Shown: positions 53,201 through 64,000 of the stretch, piece after piece
Layout: every line of letters starts with the position of its first letter
Position numbering within the stretch: position 1 is the first letter of the stretch
From: an uncultured Acidobacteriota bacterium
Lineage (GTDB): Bacteria; Acidobacteriota; Thermoanaerobaculia; Multivoradales; UBA5704
DNA length: 64,000 bases
NCBI GenBank assembly: GCA_963700145.1
Contig: OY969474.1
Coordinates: forward strand, 2,368,001 to 2,432,000
Direction of reading: 5' to 3'
The notes under the pieces: generated by a model
Seen by the model: the letters and a program-made list of their open reading frames with translations, nothing else
What the model was told of the DNA's origin: nothing
Databases searched by the model: none
Made by a program: the position numbers and the translations under genes

Positions 53201-54385
53201 CCGGAGCGCACCCGGATCGGCGACGCCCGCTACGCCGCTCCGGCGGCGCTCGACCGGGTCCAGCGCCGCGCCCTCATTGCCGGCGGCGCCGGGATCCTGC
53301 TCTGCGCCCTCGGCTTCTTCCTCGACCGGCCGGACTTCTTCCGCTCCTACCTGGTGGGCTGGACCTACTGGCTGGGGATCGCGCTGGGGTGCCTGGCGAT
53401 CCTGATGCTCCACCACGTGACGCGCGGCGCCTGGGGCCTGGTGGCGCGGCGGCTGCTGGAGGCGGCGGGGCGGACGCTGCCGCTCCTGGCCCTGCTCTTC
53501 CTGCCGCTCCTCTTCGGCCTGCGGAGCTCTACCCGTGGGCGCGGCCGGAGGCGAAGGCCGACCACCTGCTGCAGGCCAAGGCGGCCTACTTGAACGTGCC
53601 GCTTCTTCGTGGCGCGGGCGGCGCTCTACTTCCTGATCTGGAGGGCCTTCGCCTTCGTCCTCTCGCGCCTCTCGCGCCGCCAGGACGAGACCGGCGACCC
53701 ACCTGACCCGCCGCATGCAGCTCCTGGCCTCGCCCGGCATCGTCCTCTACTGCCTGACCGCCAGCTTCGCCCGGTCGACTGGCTGATGTCGCTCGAGCCG
53801 CACTGGTTCTCGACCATCTACGGCGTCTACTTCCTGGGCGGGCAGGGGATCTCGGCGCTCGCCTTCGTGATCGTCGTCGCCCTCTTCCTCTGGCGCCGCG
53901 AGCCGATGTCGGAGGTGCTCTCGCCCGGCCACTTCCACGACTGGGGCAAGCTGCTGCTCGCCTTCGTCATGCTCTGGACCTACTTCTCGTTCTCGCAGTT
54001 CCTGATCATCTGGTCGGGCAACCTGCCGGAGGAGATCCCCTGGTACGCCGCCCGCACCCGCGGCGGCTGGCAGTGGCTGGCGATCGCCCTCGCCCTCTTC
54101 CACTTCGCGCTGCCGTTCGTGCTGCTGCTGTCGCGCGACTTGAAGCGCCGGCCGCAGCGGCTGGCGGCGGTGGCCGGCTGGATGCTGGTGATGCGCTGGC
54201 TCGATCTCGTCTGGCAGGTGGAGCCGGCCTTCAGCCCCGAGCGCTTCACCTTCCATTGGCTGTACCTGGCGGCGCCGCTCGCCGTCGGCGGCCTTTGGAT
54301 CGCCGCCTGGGTGGCCGAGCTCAAGAAGCGGCCGCTGCTGCCGCTGCGCGATCCCTGGCTGCCGGAGGCGCTCGCCCATGACTGA
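53200..54385 (+). CDS. actF: Alternative complex III subunit F (frameshifted; start approximate)
   Basis: SYLVGWTYW, DWLMSLEPHWFSTIYG and FSQFLIIWSGNLPEE. Confidence 0.85.
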
Positions 54386-54926
54386 GCGCGCGCGGCCGCA
54401 CCCGGACCACGTCGAGGGCGCCGGCCCCGAGGGCTTCGACCAAGAGGTGGACCTGCGCGTCGTGACCTGGCTCGGCGTCGCGCTGGCGGGGGCGACGGCG
54501 GTCGTGGCGCTCCTCATGTGGTGGCTGGTCGTCGGCTTCGAGCGCTTCGACGCGAAGCGCCAGCCGGCGGCGCCGCCGCTCGCCGAGGCGCGGCGGCAGG
54601 TTCTCCCTCCCGGGCCGCGCCTGCAGACGACCCCGGAGCGCGACCTGCGCGCGATGCGCGCCGAGGAGGACCACCGCCTCGGCGAGGCCGAGTGGGTGGA
54701 CCGCGCCCGCGGCACGGCGCGCATCCCGATCGAGCTGGCGATGGAGGCGGTGGTGGCCGGCGTCAAGCCGGCCGCGAGCGCGACGGCGGCGCAGCCGCCC
54801 GCCGGCACCGCGCCGCTGCCCGGCACCGGCGGCATCGGCGCTCCCGTCTCGCCGCAGCCGCTGGCCGACGCCGAGAGCCGCCAGCCGCCGCCGCAGACCA
54901 CCGAAGAGGCGCCGCCGCCGCGATGA
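54378..54926 (+). CDS. ActG-like single-TM subunit
   Basis: One TM helix and PPGPRLQ...[17 protein letters not shown]; located between actF and sco. Confidence 0.7.
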   Translation: MTERARPHPDHVEGAGPEGFDQEVDLRVVTWLGVALAGATAVVALLMWWLVVGFERFDAKRQPAAPPLAEARRQVLPPGPRLQTTPERDLRAMRAEEDHRLGEAEWVDRARGTARIPIELAMEAVVAGVKPAASATAAQPPAGTAPLPGTGGIGAPVSPQPLADAESRQPPPQTTEEAPPPR

Positions 54927-55732
54927 CGCTTCGCGGCGCTCGCTCTCCTTACCTGCCTCTTCATGCTCGGAGCGGCCGGGGCGAAGGCCCAGTCGCGCTC
55001 GCCCGTCCTCCCCGACGTCGGCTTCGACCAGAACCTGGGCGGGAAGCTCCCGCTCGACCTCCCCTTCCGCGACGAAGCCGGCCGCGCCGTCCGCCTCGGC
55101 GACCTCTTCGGCCGCCGGCCGGTCGTCCTCGCCTTCGCCTACCACACCTGCCCGATGCTCTGCGGCCTGGTGCAGGAGGGGATCGCCAGCGCGCTCAAGC
55201 CCCTGGCGCTCGAGGCGGGCCGCGACTTCGACGTCGTCGTGGTCAGCATCGACCCGGCCGACACCCCCGAGCGCGCCGCCGCCGCCGAGCGCCGCGCCCT
55301 GGACCGCTACGGCCGCCGCGGCGCCGGCCAGGCGCCGGCCGCCGGCTTCCACTACCTGACCGGGCGCGACCCGGCGATCAAGGCCCTCGCCGACGCCGCC
55401 GGCTTCCGCTACCGCCGGGTGCCCGAGCGCGGCGAGTACGCGCACGCCGCCGGCGTCGTCGTGGCGGCGCCGGACGGCACCGTGGCGCGCTACCTCTTCG
55501 GCATCGAGCTGGCGCCGCGCGACCTGCGCCTGGCGCTCGTCGAGGCGGCGGAGGGCAAGATCGGCACCGCCGTCGACCAGATCCTCCTCTACTGCTTCCA
55601 TTACGACCCGGCGCTCGGCCGCTACAGCGCCGCGGTGATGAACCTGGTGCGCCTGGCCGGCGCCGCCACCGCCCTCGGCCTCGTCGGCTTCGTGCTGATC
55701 ATGCGGCGGCGAGACAGCGGGGGGCGCCTGAT
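54923..55732 (+). CDS. SCO1/SenC copper chaperone
   Basis: CPMLC, SIDP, YAH and LYCFHYDP. There is an N-terminal indel, and the apparent read-through into coxB is probably an artefact. Confidence 0.85.
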
Positions 55733-56699
55733 GCCGGAAGAGATCCCTCTCTTCCCCGAGGCCGCCTCCAGCCTCGCGCGCGAGGTCGACGCCCTCTTCG
55801 TCGCCTGGTCGCTGATCAGCGCCTTCTTCACCCTGCTGATCGCCGGCCTGATCGTCTTCTTCATGGTCAAGTACCGGCGGCGCGGCGAGCACGAAGTGGG
55901 GCTCGCCGAGCGGGCGCCGCTCTGGCTCGAAGCCGCCTGGTCGATCGTGCCGCTGGCCATCTGCCTGGTGATGTTCGGCTGGGGGGCGCGGGTCTTCTAC
56001 AAGCTCTACCGGCCGCCGGCCGACGCCGTCGAGTACTGGGCGGTGGGCAAGCAGTGGATGTGGAAGTTCCAGCACCCGGCCGGCAACCGCGAGATCAACC
56101 GCCTGCGGGTGCCGGTGGGGCGGCCGGTGCGGCTGACCATGACCTCCGAGGACGTCATCCACAGCTTCTTCGTCCCCGAGTTCCGCACCAAGCAGGACGT
56201 GCTGCCGGGGCGCTACTCGTCGGTCTGGTTCCGCGCCACCAAGCCCGGCACCTACAAGCTCTTCTGCACCGAGTACTGCGGCGCCGAGCACTCGCAGATG
56301 ATCGGCCAGGTCATCGCCCTGTCGCCGCAGGACTACGAGCAGTGGCTCGCCGGCGGCGTGCCCGGGCGCTCGATGACCGAGTCGGGCGCCGCGCTCTTCC
56401 AGACCCTGGCCTGCGACACCTGCCACCTGGCCGGCGCCGGCGGCCGCGCCCCGCGCGCCCCGGCCCTCGACGGCGTCTTCGGCAAGCAGGTGGCCCTGGC
56501 CGGGGGCCAGGTGCTGATCGCCGACGAGAACTACCTGCGCGAGTCGATCCTGCAGCCGGCGGTCAAGGTGGTGGCGGGGTGGACGCCGATCATGCCGACC
56601 TACCAGGGGCAGGTCACGGAGGAGCAGTTGAACCAGCTCATCGCCTACATCAAGTCGCTCGGCGCGGCGACCGCCGCCGCGGGGACGGAGCCCGAATGA
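55731..56699 (+). CDS. coxB: Cytochrome c oxidase subunit II with fused cytochrome c (caa3 type)
   Basis: QWMW, DVIHSF, CuA site [12 protein letters not shown] and C-terminal CDTCH...MP. Confidence 0.93.
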   Translation: MPEEIPLFPEAASSLAREVDALFVAWSLISAFFTLLIAGLIVFFMVKYRRRGEHEVGLAERAPLWLEAAWSIVPLAICLVMFGWGARVFYKLYRPPADAVEYWAVGKQWMWKFQHPAGNREINRLRVPVGRPVRLTMTSEDVIHSFFVPEFRTKQDVLPGRYSSVWFRATKPGTYKLFCTEYCGAEHSQMIGQVIALSPQDYEQWLAGGVPGRSMTESGAALFQTLACDTCHLAGAGGRAPRAPALDGVFGKQVALAGGQVLIADENYLRESILQPAVKVVAGWTPIMPTYQGQVTEEQLNQLIAYIKSLGAATAAAGTEPE

Positions 56700-58360
56700 C
56701 GATGGAACCGACCCGCGATACCGCGCTGCCGCGGCGCAACTACTTGAACGCCTCCTACGGCGTCCGCTCCTGGCTCTTCACCCTCGACCACAAGCGGATC
56801 GCCATCCTCTACCTCTTCTCGATCACGCTGTTCTTCTTCCTGGGCGGCGTCTTCGCCACGTTGATCCGCCTCGAGCTGCTGACGCCGCAGGGCGACCTGG
56901 TGCAGGCGGACACCTACAACCGCCTCTTCACCATGCACGGCGTGGTGATGGTCTTCTTCTTCCTGATCCCGTCGATCCCGGCGACCCTGGGCAACTTCTT
57001 CGTGCCGATCATGATCGGCGCCAAGGACCTCGCCTTCCCGCGCCTGAACCTGGCGAGCTGGTACGTCTACACCCTGGGCGGGCTCTTCACCCTCTGGGCG
57101 ATCGTCCACGGCGGCGTCGACACCGGCTGGACCTTCTACACCCCGCTCTCGACCAAGTTCTCGAACAGCTACGTCGTCTCGACGGCGCTCGGCATCTTCA
57201 TCATCGGCTTCTCGTCGATCTTCACCGGCCTCAACTTCATCGTCACCATCCACCGCATGCGGGCGCCGGGGCTGACCTGGTTCCGGCTGCCGCTCTTCAT
57301 CTGGTCGCAGTACGCGACGAGCCTGATCATCGTCCTGGGGACGCCGGTCATCGCGGTGACCGTCCTCATGGTGGCGCTCGAGCGCGTCCTCCACCTCGGC
57401 ATCTTCGACCCGGCGCTGGGCGGCGACCCGGTCCTCTTCCAGCACCTCTTCTGGTTCTACTCCCACCCGGCGGTCTACATCATGATCCTGCCGGCGATGG
57501 GGGTGGTGAGCGAGCTGGTGGCGGCCTTCTCGCGCAAGCGGATCTTCGGCTACCGCTTCGTCGCCTACGCCTCGATCGGCTTGGCGGTGCTCGGCTTCCT
57601 GGTCTGGGGGCACCACCTCTTCGTCGCCGGCCAGTCGCTCTACGCGGCGACGGTCTTCTCGGTCCTCTCGATGCTCGTGGCGGTGCCCTCGGCGGTCAAG
57701 GTCTTCAACTGGACGGCGACGCTCTTCGAGGGCTCGATCTCCTACGAGACGCCGATGCTCTACGCCCTGGGCTTCATCGGCCTCTTCACGATCGGCGGGC
57801 TGACCGGAGTGATGCTCGCCACCCTCGGCATCGACGTCCACGTCCACGACACCTACTTCATCGTCGCCCACTTCCACTACATCATGGTGGGCGGCGCGAT
57901 CATGGGCTACCTCGGCGGCCTCCACTACTGGTGGCCGAAGATCGTCGGGCGGCTCTACCCGGTGTTCCTCTCGCGCCTCGCGGCGCTGCTCGTCTTCGTC
58001 GGCTTCAACCTGACCTTCTTCCCGCAGTTCATCCTCGGCTACCTCGGCATGCCGCGCCGCTACTGGTCCTACCCGGACGAGTACCAGGTGCTCAACGTGC
58101 TCTCCACCGCCGGCGCCTCGATCCTGGCGGTCGGCTACGTCATCCCGATGTGCTACTTCCTCTGGTCGATGCGCTACGGCAAGGCGGCGAGCGCCAACCC
58201 CTGGGGGGTCGTCGGGCTGGAGTGGGAGACCACCTCGCCGCCGCCGCCGCACAACTTCGACGTCCAGCCGGTCATCACGCACGGCCCGTACGACTACGGC
58301 CTCGGCTACCACGGGGCGTCCGAAGAGGCCGGCCGGCCGGGGGAGGCGCACGGTGGCTGA
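56696..58360 (+). CDS. coxA: Cytochrome c oxidase subunit I (A2 type)
   Basis: [24 protein letters not shown] (YS motif of A2 oxidases), [16 protein letters not shown] and GMPRR. Confidence 0.96.
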   Translation: MTMEPTRDTALPRRNYLNASYGVRSWLFTLDHKRIAILYLFSITLFFFLGGVFATLIRLELLTPQGDLVQADTYNRLFTMHGVVMVFFFLIPSIPATLGNFFVPIMIGAKDLAFPRLNLASWYVYTLGGLFTLWAIVHGGVDTGWTFYTPLSTKFSNSYVVSTALGIFIIGFSSIFTGLNFIVTIHRMRAPGLTWFRLPLFIWSQYATSLIIVLGTPVIAVTVLMVALERVLHLGIFDPALGGDPVLFQHLFWFYSHPAVYIMILPAMGVVSELVAAFSRKRIFGYRFVAYASIGLAVLGFLVWGHHLFVAGQSLYAATVFSVLSMLVAVPSAVKVFNWTATLFEGSISYETPMLYALGFIGLFTIGGLTGVMLATLGIDVHVHDTYFIVAHFHYIMVGGAIMGYLGGLHYWWPKIVGRLYPVFLSRLAALLVFVGFNLTFFPQFILGYLGMPRRYWSYPDEYQVLNVLSTAGASILAVGYVIPMCYFLWSMRYGKAASANPWGVVGLEWETTSPPPPHNFDVQPVITHGPYDYGLGYHGASEEAGRPGEAHGG

Positions 58361-59018
58361 GCACGCCCACGCCGGCGCCAATCCGGCGCTCGCCCACCAC
58401 TTCGACTCGCTCGAGCAGCAGCGCGAGTCCTCGACCCTCGGGATGTGGCTTTTCCTGGTCACCGAGATCATGTTCTTCGGCGGCTTCTTCCTCGCCTACC
58501 TGGTCTACCGGGTGCAGTACCAGAGCGCCTTCTTCGCGGCCAGCCACCACCTCGACATCAGGGCCGGCGCGATCAACACGGTGGTGCTCATCGGCAGCAG
58601 CCTGACGATGGCGCTCGCCGTCTGGGCGTCGCAGGTCTCGCGGCGGAAGCTGATCGTCGTCTTCCTCCTCGCCACGATCGCGCTCGGCGGCGTCTTCCTG
58701 GGCATCAAGGCCTACGAGTACAACCACAAGTTCCACGACCACCTGGTGCCCGGCCCCGACTTCCGCTGGGAGGGGCCGCACGCGCGCCAGGCCGAGATCT
58801 TCTTCAGCCTCTACTTCGGCATGACCGGCCTGCACGCGCTGCACATGGTGATCGGCATCGGCGTCCTCGCCGCGCTGCTGCGGCCGGCCTGGAAGGGGCG
58901 CTACACCGCCGAGTACAACAACCCGGTCGAGAACGTCGGGCTCTACTGGCACTTCGTGGACATCGTCTGGATCTTCCTCTTCCCGCTCCTCTACCTGATC
59001 GGACTGCACGCGCGATGA
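58353..59018 (+). CDS. coxC: Cytochrome c oxidase subunit III
   Basis: [22 protein letters not shown] and YWHFVDIVW. Confidence 0.95.
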   Translation: MAEHAHAGANPALAHHFDSLEQQRESSTLGMWLFLVTEIMFFGGFFLAYLVYRVQYQSAFFAASHHLDIRAGAINTVVLIGSSLTMALAVWASQVSRRKLIVVFLLATIALGGVFLGIKAYEYNHKFHDHLVPGPDFRWEGPHARQAEIFFSLYFGMTGLHALHMVIGIGVLAALLRPAWKGRYTAEYNNPVENVGLYWHFVDIVWIFLFPLLYLIGLHAR

Positions 59019-59314
59019 GCGAGCAAGCCCACTCCCGGCGGCCCTACTACCTGGTCTTCGGCGCCCTCATGGTGCTGACCGCGCTGACCTACTGGGTGGC
59101 GACCCTCGACCTCGGGCCGCTCAACGACGTCGTGGCGCTGGGGATCGCGGTGACCAAGGCGGTCTTGGTCATCCTGATCTTCATGCACGTGCGCCACAGC
59201 ACGCGGATGACCAAGCTGACGATCGCCGCCGGCTTCTTCTGGCTGGCCATCATGCTGGCGCTGACGCTGGCGGACTACGTGACGCGGGGGATGGTCGGCA
59301 TCCCGGGCAAGTGA
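59015..59314 (+). CDS. coxD: Cytochrome c oxidase subunit IV
   Basis: LMVLTALT...[16 protein letters not shown]...DY; ATGA overlap with coxC. Confidence 0.9.
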   Translation: MSEQAHSRRPYYLVFGALMVLTALTYWVATLDLGPLNDVVALGIAVTKAVLVILIFMHVRHSTRMTKLTIAAGFFWLAIMLALTLADYVTRGMVGIPGK

Positions 59315-59898
59315 GGAAGGCCAACCAGTCGCTGCTCGACCTCTTCCTCGAGCTCCAGCTCCTCGACCGCATCCCGCGCGCCGGGTACGTGCTGCGCGGT
59401 GTCGCCTACCCGGAAAGCGTCACCGAGCACTCCTGGCACACCGCCTTCCTGGTCTGGGCCCTGGCCGGAGAGGCCCCGGAGGTGGACCGCGAGCGCGCGG
59501 TGGGCATCGCCTTGGTGCACGACCTCGCCGAGCTGCGCATCGGCGACCTCCCGCGCACCGCGGCGCGCTACTTCCCCGAAGGCGTCAAGCAAGCCGCCGA
59601 GACCGCGGCGATCGACGAGGTCCTGGCCCCGCTCCCCGAAGAGGCGCGCGCCCTCTACCGCGAGTACCTGGAGGGCACGACCCCCGAGGCGAAGCTGGTC
59701 AAGGCCTGCGACAAGCTCCAGCTCATGGTGAAGGTCGCCGTCTACGAGCGTTGGGGCACCGGCGCGCTGGCCGAGTTCTGGGACAACCCCGACAACTTCC
59801 CCGACGGCGGCTTCCCGGCGGTCAAGGAGCTTTTCGACGAGCTGAGGAAGCGGCGGGAGCAGGACCGGCTGCCGATGCCGGGGCCGGTGGCGGAGTAG
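59311..59898 (+). CDS. HD-domain phosphohydrolase (YfbR-like)
   Basis: RAGY, ESVTEHS, HDLAE...GD and DKL. Confidence 0.88.
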   Translation: MRKANQSLLDLFLELQLLDRIPRAGYVLRGVAYPESVTEHSWHTAFLVWALAGEAPEVDRERAVGIALVHDLAELRIGDLPRTAARYFPEGVKQAAETAAIDEVLAPLPEEARALYREYLEGTTPEAKLVKACDKLQLMVKVAVYERWGTGALAEFWDNPDNFPDGGFPAVKELFDELRKRREQDRLPMPGPVAE

Positions 59899-59911
59899 GT
59901 ATCCGACACCC

Positions 59912-59940
59912 TTGCCGTTGGACCGCCCTCCAGGCATAAT
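59912..59940 (+). promoter_or_regulatory. Sigma-70-type promoter for the DUF5131 gene
   Basis: TTGCCG-N17-CATAAT, 11 nt before the ATG. Confidence 0.6.
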
Positions 59941-59951
59941 CGAGGCGTAAG

Positions 59952-60686
59952 ATGAGTTCCTCGACCAACATCGAATGGACAGAGGCGACTTGGAACCCTG
60001 TTCGCGGATGCACCAAGGTGAGCCCAGGATGCAAGCACTGCTATGCGGAGACTTTTGCCGAGCGCTGGCGAGGGATTCCGGGGCATCCTTATGAGCAGGG
60101 ATTCGACCTGCGCTTGGTGCCGGAGAAACTCGAGGAGCCGCTCTCTTGGGCCCGGCCACGCTTGATTTTCGTCAACTCGATGAGCGACCTCTTTCACGAA
60201 GAGGTCCCTGAAGACTTCATTCTCAAAGTCTTCGAAGTCATGGAGGCGGCCTCATGGCACACCTTCCAGATCCTTACCAAGCGGTCTCAGCGGTTACGAC
60301 AGCTCGCGCCGCGGCTTAGATGGCCTCTCAACGTCTGGCAAGGAGTATCAGTGGAGAACGCCCGCTACGTAACGCGAGTAACCGATCTTCAGCACGTACC
60401 TGCCGCCGTTCGTTTCCTCTCGATCGAGCCTCTCTTGGGACCCATTCCCGCCCTCCCGCTCAACGGGGTCTCCTGGGTCATCCTTGGCGGCGAAAGCGGC
60501 CCCAGGCATCGGCCTCTCCAACTGGAGTGGGTACGGGAGATCCGCGACCAGTGCATCCACACAGGCGTAGCCTTCTTCTTCAAGCAGTGGGGTGGTCGCA
60601 ATCCCAAAACGGGCGGGAGAGAGCTCGACGGCCGCGAATGGAATGAGCTGCCCCGCTCATTTATCGTGCCCTCTACGTTCCTCTAG
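59952..60686 (+). CDS. DUF5131 / phage Gp37-Gp68 family protein
   Basis: [27 protein letters not shown] (Cx6CxxC), [19 protein letters not shown] and FFFKQWGG. Confidence 0.93.
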   Translation: MSSSTNIEWTEATWNPVRGCTKVSPGCKHCYAETFAERWRGIPGHPYEQGFDLRLVPEKLEEPLSWARPRLIFVNSMSDLFHEEVPEDFILKVFEVMEAASWHTFQILTKRSQRLRQLAPRLRWPLNVWQGVSVENARYVTRVTDLQHVPAAVRFLSIEPLLGPIPALPLNGVSWVILGGESGPRHRPLQLEWVREIRDQCIHTGVAFFFKQWGGRNPKTGGRELDGREWNELPRSFIVPSTFL

Positions 60687-62262
60687 CTCGATATTTCCGA
60701 GACCGCTCGAAGATCTCTCGGCACGATGCCGTCCGCGATCTCCTTTTGGCTGGCGAAGAACAAGTAATAGACAGTAGCGCCTTGGCTGTTCCGCATGGGT
60801 AGCGGCTGCGCGACCCGCGCAAATCCCGCCACCTCCCGAAGCCTGCGCCTGGGGCCGAGCCGCGACCCACGGAACGCCTCGGCAATTACCTCATTGGTCT
60901 GCTTCTCGGGTGCGGCAGCAGCAAACAGCTCAGTCTGCCTGGAGGGCTGATAAGCGATCTCCCGGCAGGTCTGCTCGAGCGTCGAGCCCAGGACAACGGG
61001 CTTGGCAGCGCTGCGCGAGAGCGGAGCGGACGCGGTCGTAAGTCGGGCTCGTAACAGCTCGCCCAGTCTTCGTCCTGCTCGCGATCGACGGAAGAGGACG
61101 ACCAATGCCAGGGATGCGCGCGAGATGAAGCGCGCGTGCGAAGAGAACTGAGGCTGCATGGCGCACGGCTCTTGAGCAGCCGGAGCCGACGCGTGTTGCG
61201 TCTCGTCGCGCGCGTGCGCGTCCGCCAGCTCTCGTCACCGCCGACAGCCAGTCGATTCGTTGCTCGGCTGGCGTTGCGAGACCTTCCCCGGCTCGGTCCG
61301 CAGTGCGTTGCGGCGCGAAGTCCGCGACGAGCGCTCCTGGCCGCCACGTAGAGGCTTGCCGTGGCGTACTCGGCTGCACCTCGCCCAGGGGCGCGCCGCG
61401 CTGGACAGCTGCGAGGCGGGCGAGCTCGAGCTCTTTCTCGCTCTGCCAGCGCGCGGCTCGCCAGCGGCGGCTCGCGCGCACAGGTGCTCGTAGAAGGCGC
61501 GCGAGCTGGTGGCGTAGAAGTCGCTGACCGAGGTCTGCATGGCGAACGCACGAGGGCAGAATGTAGCCGCGTCTGCGACTGAACGCGCATGGCAGGCATT
61601 GAGGAGACCAGCGGCAGCGGTCGCAGTGCTCTGATCGGTTAGAGTGTGGCTTGATGTCCATGATCGGGAAGTTGAGGAACAGGTCGATCGTTCCCAACTT
61701 CCCTGCCGTCGCGATCACCCGCCAGTCCAGGTGCAAACCGTATGGGTCCAGGAGGCAGAAGAGGTGGGGGAATGTGAGCCCGCTCTAGTCCAGCAGACGA
61801 TCGGGCGTCTCGTCGCGCGACGGCGCGAGGATCTTGAGTGGGCAGCAGGGTTGTGCGCCAGCGCGCGTGCGGGCCCCGCTTGTAGTCCTCGAAACAGATC
61901 TGGGGAAGAACCTCGTCAGCGAGGATCTCGTTGCAGTCGCCTTCGCTGATGCGGACATCAGGCCGCTCGCCCACCAGCGACCGCAGGTGCTGCAGCTGCA
62001 CTTTCTCGCCGTCGAGGTCTACGAAGAAGTACTCACGAAAGGGGGGATCGATCTGGAGCGCGACAAGAGGACTGCCCTGTACCTCGCCACCGCTTGTACG
62101 GGAAAGGTGCGTGCCGGCGCCGGCGAAGCCGTCGATGTAAACGTGGTGGAACGAGGGGTTCCTCCGAGTTGAAAGAATCCGCGAATAGGCCGCCGCGTAC
62201 TTGCGGACGATCTCCAGCTTGAGCTCCGACCAATAGCCGATCTCGTCGAGTCGCGTACTAAG
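60683..62262 (-). pseudogene. tcmP: Three-Cys-motif partner protein TcmP-like (SAM-dependent MTase fold), garbled in this assembly
   Basis: Segments DEIGYWSELKLEIVRKY, YIDGFAGAG, GSPLVAL, EGDCNE, CLLDPYGLHLDW, LFLNFP, GDESWR and [17 protein letters not shown] occur in order, separated by non-homologous inserts. Confidence 0.75.
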
Positions 62263-62346
62263 AGCCTCCCATTAACAAACTCACAGCCTAGCGAAAACAG
62301 GGCGTAATTGCAAGACGAAGGGACTCTAGAGCCGTCTGGACAGAGA

Positions 62347-62550
62347 CTAGTTGAGGAGCTGCCAGCCGTCGACGACTTCGCCGCGGTCGGCTTGACGGAT
62401 GGCTTCTAGGAGGAGCTCCTGCTCTTCCTGCGAAAGGGTGAAGCCCTCCTCCGCTTCCGGCAGCAGGAGAGTGACAGTTGCACCCTCTTCGAGAGTCCCG
62501 TCAGGCACGTCCAACTTGCCGCCCACGACCTTCGCGATGAAAACCTTCAT
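62347..62550 (-). CDS. Small antitoxin-like hypothetical protein
   Basis: MKVFIAKVVGGKLDVP..LEEGATVTLL...LLEAIRQADRGEVV. Confidence 0.6.
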   Translation of the reverse strand: MKVFIAKVVGGKLDVPDGTLEEGATVTLLLPEAEEGFTLSQEEQELLLEAIRQADRGEVVDGWQLLN

Positions 62551-62574
62551 ACGCCAGCTCGCCGCCATCGGCGG

Positions 62575-62919
62575 TCACAGCGGCGCCCCCTGGCGCTCGA
62601 TGTCCATGACCAGCGGCCGCTCCTGCGTGCGCCAAGTGGCGTAGGTCTCGGCGTCGAAGATGGTGGGAGAGATGCGCAGGTCGAAGGGGAAGCCGACGTC
62701 CGTGGCAAGGTCGACCACCTCACGCCACGTCGTCCAGTCGACGTGTTCCAGGACGACGGCCACGTCGACGTCCGACTCCTCGTCGGCCTCCCCGCGCGCG
62801 AACGAGCCGAAGAGCCGCACGTCGAGGACAGCCTTCCCGTACCGCTTGCGGAGCTCCTCCGCGAAACGGGCGGCGGCGGTGCGCACGAGCGGCGCGACGG
62901 CGACCTCAGCCTCAGGCAT
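62575..62919 (-). CDS. Minimal nucleotidyltransferase (MNT) protein
   Basis: LFGSFARGEADEESDVDV. Confidence 0.88.
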   Translation of the reverse strand: MPEAEVAVAPLVRTAAARFAEELRKRYGKAVLDVRLFGSFARGEADEESDVDVAVVLEHVDWTTWREVVDLATDVGFPFDLRISPTIFDAETYATWRTQERPLVMDIERQGAPL

Positions 62920-63231
62920 GGGACAGGGATGGTAGCACCCGACCCTCAGCGCGCCGTTGTCCGGTCGTCACGTGGTCGATCCTCCATGCAATCTGACCAC
63001 GGCGTGGTCGAATTACCGGGGATATTGACCGCACGCATCCCCGCCGGCTTTGCTTGCAGAGACGCGCCGGGCGGGAGAGCTACCGGGAGCGCGGCTTGGA
63101 ACGCCATCGAGCTTCGGGAGAGCTCCGGGATAAGACTCGGGCGAGCGAGCGGCTCGGCGGTGCGGAGGGGCGCGGCGGTGCGGACGAGGGGAGGCGGCTG
63201 CCGGACAGACACAAGAGAGACGGCCGCGGTC

Positions 63232-63310
63232 CTCCTGGTGTTGCGCACTTCTGTCCTCGAATTACGAACCTCCGGTCCTCTACCTACGCGCTTCGCCGGC
63301 TGAATGCGCG
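63232..63310. repeat. 21-bp degenerate repeats, left flank of the AAA remnant
   Basis: ctcctggtgttgcgcacttct / gtcctcgaattacgaacctcc / ggtcctctacctacgcgcttc. Confidence 0.5.
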
Positions 63311-63459
63311 GAGCTGGCGCGCACTTCGGCGGCGCTGCGCCGCGAGCCGCTGATCGCCGCGCTCGCGGCGACCCGAGGGCGCCGCCGCGCGGCTGCGCGC
63401 GTTCCTGGACGGCGCGGTCGGCCGCAAGCGGTGCCGCCAGGCGGCGGTCCAGCACCTCC

Positions 63460-63810
63460 TCGACTGGGCGGCCTCCGCGCTCCTCCAGTACCGGTCGAGG
63501 AGCGCCGGCTGTGGCTGGACGCCTATCAGGCCACCTACCTCCAGCGGGACTTGGCCGACCTCGCGCAGCTCCGCGACCTCGAGGCCTTCAGCCACTGCCA
63601 CCGGCTGGCCTCGTTGCGCGCGGGGCGGATTCTCTCCTACTCGGAGCTCGCGCGCGACGCCGGCCTCCCCGTCACTACGGTGCGGCGCTACCTCCGCTAC
63701 CTCGAGCTGTCCTACCAGATCTTCCACTTGCCGGCCTGGGCCGGGAACCCGAGCCTGCGGCTGATCAAGGCGCCGAAGCTCATCTGGTTCGACAGCGGCG
63801 TCCAGCGCGC
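63460..63810 (+). pseudogene. Internal fragment of an AAA-DUF4143 ATPase
   Basis: LWLDAYQATYLQRDLADL...SELARDAG...TVRRYLRYLE...RLIKAPKLIWFDSG, with no Walker motifs or C-terminus. Confidence 0.75.
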
Positions 63811-63847
63811 CTCTCCGGAGGTCGGCGGCTGCGCCCGCCGAGAACCC

Positions 63848-64000
63848 GTGTCCTCGATCACGCGCTTCGCCGCTCGAATGGGCTGGATCGGGCGATGATT
63901 GGGCTTCGTTGGTCCTCGGTTTACGCGCTTCGGCCGGCCAATTGGGTCTTCCGGTCCTTGGATTACTAACTTTTGTCTCCGAGTTACTAACTTCTGTCTC
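63848..64000. repeat. 21-bp degenerate repeat array running off the window end
   Basis: ggtcctcggtttacgcgcttc ... ggtccttggattactaacttt / tgtctccgagttactaacttc; units resemble those at 63232-63310. Confidence 0.6.

Noticed and set aside
54963-56699. Apparent SCO-CoxII fusion protein (578 aa)
   Set aside because: The junction AGCGGGGGGCGCCTGATG becomes a standard TGATG stop/start overlap if the G run is one base shorter. A homopolymer error is likelier; check the reads.
60950-61875. Insertions in tcmP as possible introns or mobile elements
   Set aside because: There are no terminal repeats, ORF or intron hallmarks. The inserts contain scrambled echoes of tcmP itself, which indicates noisy consensus.

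Overview
This is GC-rich bacterial DNA. The PadR plus duplicated MacB-like (ADOP) permease pair and the ACIII-caa3 operon suggest Acidobacteriota, possibly Thermoanaerobaculia-like (inference). Layout: (1) 1-12.5 kb is a defence/TA island with a type I R-M locus that has a HEPN-motif gene between hsdS and hsdR, a convergent two-gene operon (NdpA/NA37-like protein plus a 597-aa protein with C-terminal TM helices), several TA relics, an AAA-DUF4143 ATPase and periodic repeat arrays. (2) 12.5-46.7 kb is core and accessory genes: PadR-ADOP, pcnB, a nuclease-DinG helicase, an ECF sigma/anti-sigma/Spy-like operon facing a candidate anti-Shine-Dalgarno sRNA, LuxE- and LuxC-like genes, an HpnR-like radical SAM enzyme, HicAB, UvrA, a class A PBP and several exported proteins with sigma-54 promoters. 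(3) 46.8-59.9 kb is an alternative complex III (actA-G), SCO and A2-type caa3 oxidase operon behind a Rex/CRP-like palindrome. (4) 59.9-64 kb holds a DUF5131/TcmP pair, orphan antitoxins and a second AAA-DUF4143 remnant. The 41-54 kb and 60.7-62 kb stretches have dense indels typical of low-quality long-read consensus, so I treat frameshifts there as artefacts. The best candidates for undescribed biology are the NA37-like/TM operon, the RM-embedded HEPN gene and the ECF-linked sRNA module. All family assignments come from reading motifs by eye, not from database searches.
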